A stretch of DNA of 64,000 nt from Minutocellus sp. GHC0000111 (Eukaryota), in NCBI GenBank assembly GCA_977018835.1, contig OZ361256.1, positions 6,262,001 to 6,326,000 of the forward strand, given 5' to 3'. Positions 22,085 through 33,759 of the stretch are shown piece after piece. The stretch's first letter is position 1. Every line of letters begins with the position of its first letter. Position numbers and translations under genes: made by a program. Below the pieces are notes generated by a model. That model was not told where the DNA came from. It saw nothing but the letters and a program-made list of their open reading frames with translations, and searched no databases.

Positions 22085-25000
22085 TCACACGTGATGATTC
22101 GGGCTATCTACATCATTCTCATCCCCATCATCTGTCTCAAGCAGCTCCTCTCTTTCCATCTCAGCCATCGCCGTGCTCATCTTTTCTTTCATTGCACCCA
22201 TTTTCTCTCCCATTGACTTCATCTTGTCTTTGATCATATTGCTCATTTCCTGAAAAGATATGGAATCCGCCCTTTTTCTTGCTCCGACCCTCGAAGTAGC
22301 AGTACAAGTGGATGTGGGAGTTGGGAGGCAGCCTGAACACGGCGAGGGACCGGTCCCAACGCCCGCACCAGCGCACGTAGTAGGAAGATCATTTGTGGTG
22401 ATGTTGGGAAGATCATTAAAGTCGGCGTCGCAGAAGCAATTATCAGAATCTACTCCACACTGAATAATTTGAGGAGGTGTTACATTCGCGTCAATATTGA
22501 AGACAGCATTGACATCGAGAATGTCATCAGACGGAAGAGATGAATCCAACGAAGTATTATTCTGGAAGATGGTGTTGTTCACAGTGTTGACGGGCGTGAC
22601 AAAGTATGAGAGATACGCAGTAGCGCCACCGCCCGCGACACCGCCCGCGCCAACAGCGACGTTCTGATCGAAAAGGCTATCGGTGACAGTGGAGTTCGCA
22701 CTTTCAACAATGAGACCCCCGCCTCCAACGGCAACATTATTTGTGAACTCGGTATCAGAAATGTCGAGGTTACCGCCTTCATTCCAGATAGCTCCGCCGC
22801 CAAGGGCTTCGTTGCATGAAAAGGCAGCTCCCTTTGTAATTGATGTTTCTGCATCGACAGTGAAAATTGCCCCACCAAGAGCAACGGCAAAGTTGTCCTG
22901 AAAACCACAGCCCTCGATAGATGCCATTGCGTTATTATGAAAGACAATTGCACCGCCAGAGACGGCTCTATTTCCATTGAACTGGCAAGAATCGAAGGTA
23001 CTTGTTCTTTCTCCACCTTCTAAGAAGATGGCACCTCCATCTACATCTGCAGAGTTACCGATGAACTCACAAGCCCGATAATTTGTCGTCGAATCAAGGG
23101 CCATGATGGCACCACCGGTATCAGTTGCAGAATTTCCCTTGAATTTCGAGCCGTCAAAGTTGACAAGTGACTGTCGCTCAACAAAGACTGCCCCTCCGAA
23201 ATTAGCGCGATTCGCTCCAAAATTAGAGGTAATGACGTCTGCTCTAGCTCTACGAAGAACAAAAAGGGCCCCACCAAGATTGCCACTGTTATTTTGGAAA
23301 GCGCAGTCCTGGAAAGTAGAGGCGCTGTTGTAAAGTTTGATAGCGCCGCCCTCCTCAGTAGCAGAATTGCTGAGGAAATTGCAGTTGATGAAGGAAGATC
23401 TTTCATACGAAACTAGCGCACCGCCATCTCGAGCAGTATTTCCTTCAAAGGAACAGTCTTCGAATGAAGAAGGGCCAAAATTATAAGCAATTCCACCGTT
23501 GTCGTCGGCGCTGTTCTGTTCAAGGATGCAGTTCTTGAACGAGGAGTCGCCATCAGAACCAGTATAGACAACGCCAGCATCATCACCAGCCACGTTACTT
23601 TGGAATGTACTATCTTCAAAGATAGAACTGCCACGTGAGTAAGCAACCCCGCCATCGTCCGCTGCAGCGTTAAAGAAAAATCGACAATTTTTGAATGAAG
23701 AAGATCCGGAAGGACGGGTATATACCACACCTCCGTTATCCGCGGCAGTATTGCTCTCAAAGGAACAGTCGTCAAAGTAAGAGTCCCCAAACGTGTAAAT
23801 AACGCCACCATCGTCGTCAGCGCTGTTTTCTTTAAAGTAGCAGCGCTCGTAGGTAGAAGTGTCATATGGATAAGCAATGCCTCCATCAATGCCGGCAGTG
23901 TTCTCTCCAAAATAGCAGCTCTTGAAGGAAGAATCACAATAACGCCGCCAGCGAGGCCAGCACTGTTTCCTCGGAATTGACAGCCCTCAAAGACAGTGGT
24001 AGCACCATTAAAGGTGTAAACTACACCCCCAAAACCGCGGGCAGCGTTTTTGGTAAACGTAGTATCAATAGCAATGATTGCAGCATTGCCATTTTCAATC
24101 GCTCCTGAATCAATTGCAACATTATTGCGAAGGATGCAGTCGTTGAGACTAAGCGTGGATTCGGCAGGAGAAATGCCACGCAAATAAAAAGCACCGCCCC
24201 AATCATTGCTGTATCGGCTGGGGTCTCTACCCTCGAACTGCTCGTGAAAATAAGAGAAAGTTTTGAGGAGAAGGATTGAATAAGTATCTGCACATATTAC
24301 TACAAGAACCTAAATGAGTCTGTAAATTGACTTACCGGGCTACCATTCTCGAAGGTGATACCCCCAAATTCAGCATGAAATGGCGAGCCACCAACTCCAT
24401 CAGGGGTTACAAGAGAATATCCATTGAGATCAAAGACACAGCCATCACCAAGGCACGAAAGCTCAAAGTACTTGTTGGAGAAGTCAATGACGCTATCGAA
24501 AACAATGGGCTTGTCCTCACAAACCTCGATCTTGGCGCGGTTATCGGGATCGGGGTCGGTGGCAGCGGCAATCTGTCTCTTGAGGTCCTCGAACGAGTCG
24601 ACGTACGAGTTCCATTCGCATCGGTCGGCATTGTAGTTGAGAAAGCTTTCCAGCTCCAGGCTGGTAGCCGTGGCGACGGGCTCGGTCACTGTGATATCCC
24701 AGAGCGAGTTGTCGTCGCTTGGATCTTCGGTCTGACCCTTCTTAAACTTGACGAGAGTGAGAGGATAATCGGCATAGGGGCCGACGTCGGCTTGGTCAAC
24801 CAACTTGAGGATGGACGACTGGCCAATGTTCTCGTCGTTCTGAGAATTTCAATAGAGGAAATGAAATAGACAAGGAAATAATTCTGATAAGAACAGAAGA
24901 CAACCACACGATGCATCCAAGATACCATCCGTTGAGATATACTCAACGCATGCATAAAAGAAATTCTTTGCCATCACATACCTTTCCATCGGTTCCATCG

Positions 25001-25503
25001 CACGTAAGGCTGCCGAGAACCTCGTGGACCTTCTCGTCGTACAAGGTCAAGTAGGGACGCTCCTTGGAGTAACGGTTGGGATCGAAGCCATGCTCCTCAC
25101 CAATGCACAGATGCGTGACGTCCTTGCAGTACTCGTAGACGACTTCATCCTTGGGATTGTAGAGGCGAAGCTTGCTGTCCTTGATGCCAAACTGCCAGCG
25201 ACCACCCATGGGCTTGTAGTCATACTCGATGCAGAGGGCCTCGCCTTCGGTCATGCAGATCTCGCTGGGCTTACCACCGCCAGCACGGATGGAGTTGTCG
25301 ATGCATGTGAGACCAGAGTTTCTGACAGGGGCCACCCAATATCTATTGGTCCTGCGAGTATCTTGCTTGTTGGCGGTGCTGGCGCGAAGGCCGTTGGTGG
25401 TAAAGGGAGCTGTGAGGTCGGCACTTTCGGCGGCCGCAGCAGAAGCCGAAGCGAAGATGCCCGCCGCCGCCAACACTGTGGGAAGCACGAGCGAGAGTCT
25501 CAT
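22085..25503 (-). pseudogene. Secreted Pmp-like right-handed beta-helix protein with Cys-rich N-terminal domain (3 exons; introns 24840-24981 and 24238-24335); frameshift at ~23937
   Basis: Signal peptide MRLSLVLPTVLAAA; many FxxN / GG(A/V/I) repeats typical of chlamydial Pmp and autotransporter passengers; canonical GT-AG junctions keep the frame. The frame changes at GGC GTT ATT|GT GAT TCT, where the neighbouring repeat reads GGVIYTFGDS. Could be a real pseudogene or an assembly error. Confidence 0.75.
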
Positions 25504-26617
25504 AGTTGGAGCGAAACCAGCCTCAATCTGAAATACCTCAAACGTCTGGTCTAGTTTGAGAAATGAGAGATCCAATGCGTTTTACAGTGAAACTGCCTCG
25601 ACATCTTTCTCGAACGACTCGTTGAAAAGATCTTCTCGAAGCGTTGGATGTCTAGGAAAACAAGCCATCGTGTTGATTCCAACTCGTCGATGTCAAAGTT
25701 TGTTGCACCCATTTGCTTCCACTTGCCGTGAGGTGTATCAGCGGCATTGTTGGGAGGCGTTGCGTCGTTTGCCGGATTAGCGTTGGGTTGGGATGGTTTG
25801 GATCTTTCACCGGATCTTTTACCGTATCTTTCAGGTTGGCACGCACTTGTTGGTCTGCGAGGATTTCCGATTTGTCGTACGATGGCCAGACCTCATTATC
25901 TTACAATTTTTCCGGTTTTCTGTACTTTTGGCCCTCTCACTACTAGTAGCTAGACTAGTCGGTAGATCTACCGGCACCTGCATGCTATGAACAGGGTCAA
26001 GCCTTTAATTGAGAACATGTTGCATTTTGATCTTATTTGTCAGTCAAACCAAACCAGTCACCGACCGTCAAGACCATCATAAGATATGAATGATGTCGAT
26101 GTTTGCAGTTAGTTGTTGGTTGGTTGTTGATCATTGAGAGTGGAAAGATGCATTGAAATCGTGCAGCATGTCTGTCTCGTTTTTACTCGGCCATGGGCCG
26201 AAAATCCAATCTTATGCATGCAACGACCAGCCGCCCAGCGGACCAAGGCAGACAGAGCAATTCTGGAAAAATTTTACTATGAATTGTTTTCTTGAGGAAC
26301 AGTCCTGTCCTTGCGACAAAAGAAAAAATCGTTTCTTTGCCGACTTCGAAAAAATGCCCCCCCAAAAAGACCGCTTTCCGGCCGTTTCCAGACTTTGTCG
26401 CAACGACCAATCGAAAGAACGCATAAATTTACCTGGGGTAACTCTGTTCGACTTGTGCCGTGTCTCTAACCGTTCGGGGGCAAAGAGGGTGTCCCACCTC
26501 GTCAGTTTCACTCTCGTTCCAGCGCAGCTCCCCAGCCAACAAAAATCCGAGCGGAGGCTCATTTGTCTCTCGACCACAGCCCCCACCCCTCTGTACCAAC
26601 CCAAAAGAGACGCAAAA

Positions 26618-28240
26618 ATGGTAAGTTTCTTCACAGCCGACGGCGGATTGTCCCTCGGAAGGATCCCTGACAGCGAGACATGGACCGCCTCATCCTTTTT
26701 GTCATCGGTGTCCTGGCGATAGTCGGACCGACACAAGACGTGCATTTTTGCACTACCAACGGATTTTGTCGATTTATCGGTGGAGGACGGGCGAGGGTGG
26801 ATTGGCTGTATGTGGAGGGAGTGCTGATGCGCTTCTGAATGTATGCGGTATCTGGACAGAATGCAATGCTTGCATGTGTCAAGGGGCTGGTCGTGCTGTA
26901 TTTTCTTGGGGTCAGTCGATTTTCAGCAAACGGCGCGTGTCTCGGCTTCTCGAGTTCGCATGGTCCTCACAAAAATCGGCACAACAGTAAAAAGAGACGA
27001 CACACCTTGTCCATTGCAAGCACAATTCACAAACAGCCCACAATATGACGATCGGCAGTAGCAGCATGGTACGGGATATGTCGCGGCAGCGGCGGTCTTT
27101 GGTATTGGCGGTTTTCGAGCACGAGAATTAGATTGTCCCCTCCTCGAGAACTCTGGGGCCGCCGATGGCACGAGGGCTCACGACCGAGACCGACTGGCAG
27201 ACCTTATTGCCCTGGATGATTCGATGCCGAGCGTTACGGCCATCCATTATCCGCACTCGGCAATGCATGCGTCCAGCTTTTGCGAATCAGCACATAGCGT
27301 ATGGCCTGGCTCCTACAAGTCTCATGGAATGACCGGAGTGGAGACGGATGTGCAAGCTCTGCCGTCGATCTCGATTCCTGTTGTGAAAGAGCCACCCATA
27401 TCCCCCGATATCGCCCGTCACCCTTGGATGATTGTGTTGCTAGGTCGGCTCTTTTAGGCGTTTATTGCGGGCCACTTCCGTTCTTCCAGTGGAGTTTTCG
27501 GCATTTGTCGGGATTCATTTTTTCTCCTCCTACCACACATCTTATCTCACCAGCTTTGCCCTATCCCACATCATTTTCTACCCCCAAAACAGGCCGCCGC
27601 ACAAGAAATGCCCGAGTTCAAGCTCATCCTCGTCGGAGACGGCGGAGTCGGCAAGACCACCTTCGTCAAGCGTCACTTGACCGGTGAGTTCGAGAAGAAG
27701 TACGTCGCCACCCTCGGCGTCGAGGTCCACCCCCTCGTCTTCCACACCAACCGCGGTCCCATCAAGTTCAACGTTTGGGACACCGCCGGACAGGAAAAGT
27801 TCGGCGGCCTCCGCGACGGATACTACATCCAGGGCCAGTGCGCCATCATCATGTTCGACGTCACCTCCCGCATCACCTACAAGAACGTCCCCAACTGGCA
27901 CCGCGACCTCACCCGCGTCTGCGAGAACATCCCCATCGTCCTCACCGGCAACAAGGTCGAGATCAAGGACCGCAAGGTCAAGGCCAAGCAGATCACCTTC
28001 CACCGCAAGAAGAACCTTCAGTACTACGACATCTCCGCCAAGTCCAACTACAACTTCGAGAAGCCCTTCCTCTGGCTGGCCCGCAAGCTCTCCGGCGACA
28101 ACTCTCTCCACTTCGTCGAGGCCCCCGCCCTCCAGCCTCCCGAATTCCAGATCGACGAAGCCACCAAGACCCGTTACGAGCAGGAGCTTGCCGCTGCTGC
28201 CGCCCAGCCCCTCCCCGAGGATGACGACGATGATCTGTAG
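26618..28240 (+). CDS. RAN: GTP-binding nuclear protein Ran (probable ATG-only first coding exon 26618-26620, intron 26621-27592, main exon 27593-28240)
   Basis: [46 protein letters not shown], acidic tail DDDDDL. AAAATG|GTAAG donor and CAG acceptor give in-frame [10 protein letters not shown]. Confidence 0.97.
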
Positions 28241-28875
28241 ACTTGTTGCGACTGCCCGTCGATTGGATTCGATATTAGGATGAAGATGGTGTTTCATCGT
28301 CATCCAGCTGTTCGGAATACTGTATTTGAATGAGAAAGAAAGAGAGATACCGGTAGATGTAATGATGCGATTGGCCAAGATGTGAAAGAGCTTACTTGTG
28401 AGCCTGGTGACGATTATTTATTTGTGATGATGTTGGCGTTGATCTGGCAAAGCCCGCCCGTTGCTTCTTTTATTCGGTCGGACGGTCGGTGTGCTCCTGG
28501 ATATGTCGTGCTTTCATCATCGCTCTCCTGTCGCTTTGCACTTTGGCATCATGCAAATTCGTTGAATTTATTGCTAAGTCTAATGCTTAGGCTTTGTTTG
28601 GGAATTTCCATATTTACCTTGCTAGTTTACATGCGTATCGATTGGTAGATCTACCATGGTAGTTTCGTTTCTCTCTCTCTCTCCCCCTCTCCATCCATCC
28701 ATTCATTCATCTCCTTCTCTTGGTAGTCGAACGAGTCCAATTCATAAATTGGAAGTTTCCCAGAAGTGAAAAGAGGGGAATATCTCGTACGTGGTGGCCG
28801 TTTCTGAGGCGGTGGGTTGGTGACAACTCGGCCGGCCGTTCCATAAGTCATATCAATAGCCAACTAAAGCCAACC

Positions 28876-29818
28876 ATGAAGTTCTCTGCCGCCTTCCTCG
28901 CTCTCACCGTTGCCTCGGCCAGTGCCTTTGCCCCTACCACTCCCGCCGCTCGCACTTGTAAGTCTTTCGCCGAAGAAAAAGAAGCACTACATGTGTCGAT
29001 GTTCTGTGTGGTCGGAGAGAGGCGCACCTACCTTTGATCCTCCGGAGTCCGATGTGATGCCGGCACTTGTCTGTCAGAGAGAAATGCGCACTGATTGATC
29101 ATGTTTTCCATTAGATTAAATGGGGTGTGAGATACCTAATATGCTTTGAGACACAGACATGTGGCGAAACATTATTGAACGAAACATATATACTTTTTTG
29201 CTCATTTGCTTGTATTTTTCATCTCTGTTCCATGATACTGCGGTGGATGTCTGATGACTTACTTGATTCGTTCCAATATAAATAGCCTCGGCCCTTTCCA
29301 TGGCCCAGGGCGAGACTTCTCGCGGTGAATTCATTCAGCAGTCGCTCGCGGCCGCTGCTGCTCTCACTCTCCTCCCCGGCAACGCCAACGCCGGTTGGTT
29401 GGCTGGTTCGCCGGAGGTTATCGACCCCAAGGATGCCGAGGTCGATCGGGACATTTTGGCTTCGGAGGAGGTTCAGAAGGCTCTGTCCAGTGTGAAGAAT
29501 TACAAGGCTTTGATTGAGGGAATCTCCTCGACCCTTGCCTCGGATTCCCAGGCCGACATTGGCCCGACTATCCGAAAGGAGTTGGACTTTGTGAAGATCC
29601 GCGCTGACCTCAACACCCTGAACACCTCATTCGATGAGGATACTCAGCGTGGTACCGATCGTCTCATTCGCGCCATTCTGCAGGACATTACCGAGCTCGA
29701 GACCGCTAACAAGCAAAAGCCTGGTGTTGCCCGCAGTGAGATCCGGCTGAATGCTATGAAGGGAAAGATTGCTAAGCTCGGAAAGGCATTTGATGAGTAC
29801 CTTGCCTTCGCCAACTAA
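28876..29818 (+). CDS. Plastid thylakoid-lumen-targeted helical protein (2 exons; intron 28958-29285)
   Basis: Signal peptide plus ASAFAP motif, then a lumen-transfer-like peptide SRGEFIQQSLAAAAALTLLPGNANA and a helical mature domain (FDEDTQRGTDRLIR). Splice sites keep the frame. Confidence 0.8.
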
Positions 29819-29932
29819 ACAGGTCTGACTACTAACCAAGGTAACCAGTACCGTAGTGGCAATGATAGTGCGCTACTTAGCTAGTGAAATCACAAAAATA
29901 ACTCATTTACAATTTTTGAATATCTCTCTATT

Positions 29933-31028
29933 CTAACAAAATGGAATAAGTCGCCAGCAACAAGCGCAGCGATCATCTTTCGGGGTATATCGTGCCGTCA
30001 AGTCCAGAGCAGGGCCCCTGGCTCCACTCGCGCCAACGCCATCCTCATCTCCATATCCTCTGGACGCCCAATATTCTTGCAAAAATGTGTCGGTTCCGTC
30101 TGCGGTCTGTCGTTGCAATCGCTCTTTCTTCTTTTGATCATTCTTGGCTTCCATGGCCAAGGTCACCATCGTTTGTACTGCATCCAAAATGCCATCGCCG
30201 TCCAAGGCCGATACTTCAACGTGTTGCAGTCCATTTCTCATGCACCAAAGAATCACCATGTCTCTGTCTGGGAAACTTCCGTCCTCGGATTTGATGATGT
30301 TGTTCAAGTATGAATTGTCTGTCGTCCAGTTGGCATCGGTAAGTCCGTACGACAAGGAACTCTGCTTTCGATGGTGTTGATTTTGGTGGCGTCGATTTCG
30401 GCCATCCAACAATAGGTCTCCAGTGTCAGCCCGCAACCTTGTCTTGGGCGAGCTACTAACGGTATACTCATATCGATGATCTTTGCCCTTGAAGCCGTTT
30501 GTCAATTTCATTATGTCTCTCTGTGGCACCTTGCGACGTCGCATGGGGACGTTCTTCTCATCCTCGTCACTTCGGATGATATCTAGCTTGTTGGCCACCA
30601 CAATGACAGGGAATTTGCCATTCCCATCTCCATTCTGCTCGCGATCCTTCATCCGATCGGTCAGTTCGGCATACCACCGTAACAATTGCGTAAAACTACG
30701 GCTCGATGTGGCGTCGTAAACCAGAATGGCACAGTCGGCGTGCTGGAAAAAGGTATCTCCTAGAGTCGAAGACATGGTTCCGGCATTTCCCGATACGAAC
30801 CGCTCTCTACCGGCCGTATCCCACATTTGCAGATTGATATGTTGCTGTGTCGTCAGAGTTTCGTCCCATTCGGTTTCATTCATCTCCATTTCTTGGTCCG
30901 GCTGCGGCTGAGATGTCTTGGTGGCAAACGAATCCATGCCAGAGCCCGAACTGCCACTCCGTGTGCTTCGGAGGGATGCCGCGCTGGTGCTGGTGCTGGT
31001 GCTTTTGATTCCATTTTCACTCAAGTTA
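29933..31028 (-). CDS. Rab7-like small GTPase with long insertions; G1/G2 motifs absent (5'-partial)
   Basis: LQMWDTAGRERF (G3), VVANKLD (G4), EVSAL (G5), C-terminal CACC. The ORF begins right after a pyrimidine-rich CAG acceptor-like site and has no GxxxxGK. Confidence 0.7.
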
Positions 31029-31145
31029 CTGTTGGCCGAAGTTTAGAAAAAATGGGTCACAAAAACCTAAAGAACACATCTCGAGTAAAGAATCGGGTAA
31101 CAAATACTTCTGCCTGCGAGAACCAGCAACTGACGAAACCAGCAC

Positions 31146-32876
31146 ATGATGTGTCTGTTGCAGGATACGGCAGTGTTACGTAGTATTTTCCGCCTGATCA
31201 ACGTAGAGGTGGGCAAGATCGGCAGGAGGGCGAGGCCACCGACGCCTACGAGCCTATTGCGGCGAAGCAATGCCGATGAAGATGGTGCGCCACCAAAATC
31301 AGCGGGCAATTCTCACCTCTCGGAACTCGATGAGATGGAAAAGACTTCATCTTCCGGCGGTGATTGCAGAACCTGTTTCCATAGATATGGCCGTTCAATA
31401 CTGCAAAGTTTGCACTATCATCGCCTGTCCATCGCATTTGTGTCTTGGATAGGGTGCGGAACCTTATTCTACGCCTTTGTTGTAGGAGTTCCACTTGCGG
31501 ATGACATACCGGCGATGGGTCCACTCAGCGGCATCGAGGCATTCTACCAAGCGATTACAATCGGATATTCTGTGGGCTTGGCACCTCGAAACGTGGACTA
31601 TCTACCAAACCCATGGTTCAGCTCGGCTTATATCTTAGTCGGTGCCAGCTTGATAGCGGTTATTCTCACCAACATTGGAGAACGAGTCGGAGATGCTGCC
31701 AGCTTGCATCTCTTCGAGGACCTGAAGCAGCGAGAAGAATACGAACGGAATATATCTAGCGACAATCCGATATGGAAGCGGGCCAGGGCATTCTTTCAGT
31801 ACAATTCCGGATATATCCTCACAATTTTGGGCTGGATCTTGTGGCTGGCATTCATTATCTGCTGGTCCATCGTTTCTACTCGAAAGCATGATACCAAGGG
31901 AGACACCCACGCCTGGTCCTTCGCATATGCGCAATATTTTGCTGTCAGTCTCTGTAGCAGTGCTGGTAGCTTTAGTTTACCTCCCGAGAGCCCTCTATGG
32001 GCATACTTGTTGGCTGCAATTTCAATGGCTGTCGGTGTTCCTGTAATGGCCCTCGCCATATCATCGATCGTCATTATGTTCCTGGAGGCGAACAAGTTTG
32101 ATCAAGCGAAAATGGCAGCTTGGTCTCCCGTGACACAGATAGAGCTTGAAACGCTGATGAAAATCGGACTTGGACATAGCGACGAGGTTATATCAAAGGG
32201 TGAGTATGTGCTCTTGGGATTGCTTCGAATGGGAACAGACGCTGGTATGATCAAGTATCTTTGTGATTGCTACGAAAAGGCCGAAGACGAGGCTGGCTGC
32301 GTCTGCCTCGACGAGACTGTGGAAAGCGATGGCAAGACAAGTTCTAGTAGTAACACAAATGTAGGGGGTGGCTACTCCGAACAGGCACGGGCATATTTGG
32401 CGACGACCGAGCCAGACAACAAGCTGATCATGCCGGCTGGAAGGTCAAGGGCATTGCTTGCCCGATATTCTCAACGTAATGTCCCTGCAAATCGTGTAAG
32501 CATCGATGAATTATCAGCGGCGATGGCAAGCTTGAGTCGCAGTGTCCAAAAATCTTCGTCAAATTCTAGTATGCCTGCGCATTCGGCGAAAGCCCCAAAG
32601 AGTCGGAGAGATTTGATGTGGTCAATATTTGGAAATTACACAGGCGATGGAAGCCGTTCTGATTTGATGGCAAGCGGTCAACTCAATGGAAATGCCGGAA
32701 GTATGCGCGTGATTCAATCGCCAATGTCATTTGAAGCTTCTCCAACAGCTGCACACGCTATTGGGTTGACAACGTTGGAAGAGGCGCCTGAAGATGGAGC
32801 TGACGACGATGTGGCAGAGGGTGATGAAGAGGGAGGAGGAGCCTCATCCAGTGGCGATTCTTGTTGTAACGAATAG
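31146..32876 (+). CDS. Two-pore (TPK/K2P-like) cation channel-like protein with degenerate filters
   Basis: TM-pore-TM repeated twice: AFYQAITIGYSVG and YFAVSLCSSAG pore-helix regions; EF-hand-like ISKGEYVLLGLLRMG. The 5' end may contain indels. Confidence 0.65.
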   Translation: MMCLLQDTAVLRSIFRLINVEVGKIGRRARPPTPTSLLRRSNADEDGAPPKSAGNSHLSELDEMEKTSSSGGDCRTCFHRYGRSILQSLHYHRLSIAFVSWIGCGTLFYAFVVGVPLADDIPAMGPLSGIEAFYQAITIGYSVGLAPRNVDYLPNPWFSSAYILVGASLIAVILTNIGERVGDAASLHLFEDLKQREEYERNISSDNPIWKRARAFFQYNSGYILTILGWILWLAFIICWSIVSTRKHDTKGDTHAWSFAYAQYFAVSLCSSAGSFSLPPESPLWAYLLAAISMAVGVPVMALAISSIVIMFLEANKFDQAKMAAWSPVTQIELETLMKIGLGHSDEVISKGEYVLLGLLRMGTDAGMIKYLCDCYEKAEDEAGCVCLDETVESDGKTSSSSNTNVGGGYSEQARAYLATTEPDNKLIMPAGRSRALLARYSQRNVPANRVSIDELSAAMASLSRSVQKSSSNSSMPAHSAKAPKSRRDLMWSIFGNYTGDGSRSDLMASGQLNGNAGSMRVIQSPMSFEASPTAAHAIGLTTLEEAPEDGADDDVAEGDEEGGGASSSGDSCCNE

Positions 32877-33089
32877 ATTTTCGGTATCTTGGTTACATCT
32901 ATGCGCATGCATTAAGCCAAGGTGAAATAAACTATTATTAGATCTACATTATTTGTTTACGGTCCAATATCGATGCAGTGAAAAGGCGACTGCCAAAGGT
33001 GCGTGCCGCCGGCTTTTCGATTGCTTCCTTCAGGACCCGGAGACCGGATCCAGGTGGAAAAAGGGTCAGGTGGATGTGCCAGCACGAAC

Positions 33090-33759
33090 TGTTGAGGCGG
33101 CTCGCCGAAGACAGCCTCCCAGCGCCCGTGAAGCGACCGGATGCCGGCTGTGGCTACAGCGTAGACCTCGAGAGGTACAAAGATAACAGACCAGTTATAA
33201 TTACGTGAGTTGGCTGTATAATGACCAGTGATCCTGGTGTAGAGCCGAAGGGTTATGAGCACTTTTGAGCAAAAGTAGCACTTTTTAGCAAAAGTAGTAA
33301 GTGGCAACGCAGGTGTAAAAGTAGCCGGCAACAATTCTCAACACACTCCTGTAATTCCTACGAGCTGTGGGAGCAGCTATCATTTGGAATTAGTCGTCGA
33401 GATTGAGGATCAGGGCCCGAAACTTGCGGAATTGGGCGCCCTGAAGAGGCTTGGTGAAGAAATCACCGATCATGTACACGCGCACAGATGTATGTCACGT
33501 AATTATGTTGAGGCGGCTCGCCGAAGACAGCCTCCCAGCGCCCGTGAAGCGACCGGATGCCGGCTGTGGCTACAGCGTAGACCTCGAGAGGTACAAAGAT
33601 AACAGACCAGTTATAATTACGTGAGTTGGCTGTATAATGACCAGTGATCCTGGTGTAGAGCCGAAGGGTTATGAGCACTTTTGAGCAAAAGTAGCACTTT
33701 TTAGCAAAAGTAGTAAGTGGTAACGCAGATATAAAAGTAGCCGGCAACAATTCTCAACA
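33090..33759 (-). mobile_element. Miniature, internally deleted Ty1/copia (CoDi-like) LTR retroelement, TRIM-like
   Basis: Two 254-bp LTRs (33090-33343, 33506-33759), TGTTGAG...CTCAACA, with 3 mismatches; 5-bp TSD CGAAC (33085-89, 33760-64). The 162-bp interior encodes the copia RNase H C-terminus MIGDFFTKPLQGAQFRKFRALILNL* on the minus strand, followed by the PPT-like CAGGAGTG. Confidence 0.95.

Noticed and set aside
28958..29285. Possible C/D-box snoRNA in the 328-bp intron
   Set aside because: Only imperfect C-box-like (GTGATGC, ATGATAC) and CTGA motifs, with no clear terminal stem or recognisable rRNA guide.
29300..29818. Naming the lumenal protein PsbQ or Psb31
   Set aside because: The targeting signals fit, but I cannot match the mature sequence confidently to either family without a search.
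32953..33750. Duplicated small ORFs (e.g. 32957-33334, 33463-33750)
   Set aside because: They are translations of the two LTR copies, not genes.
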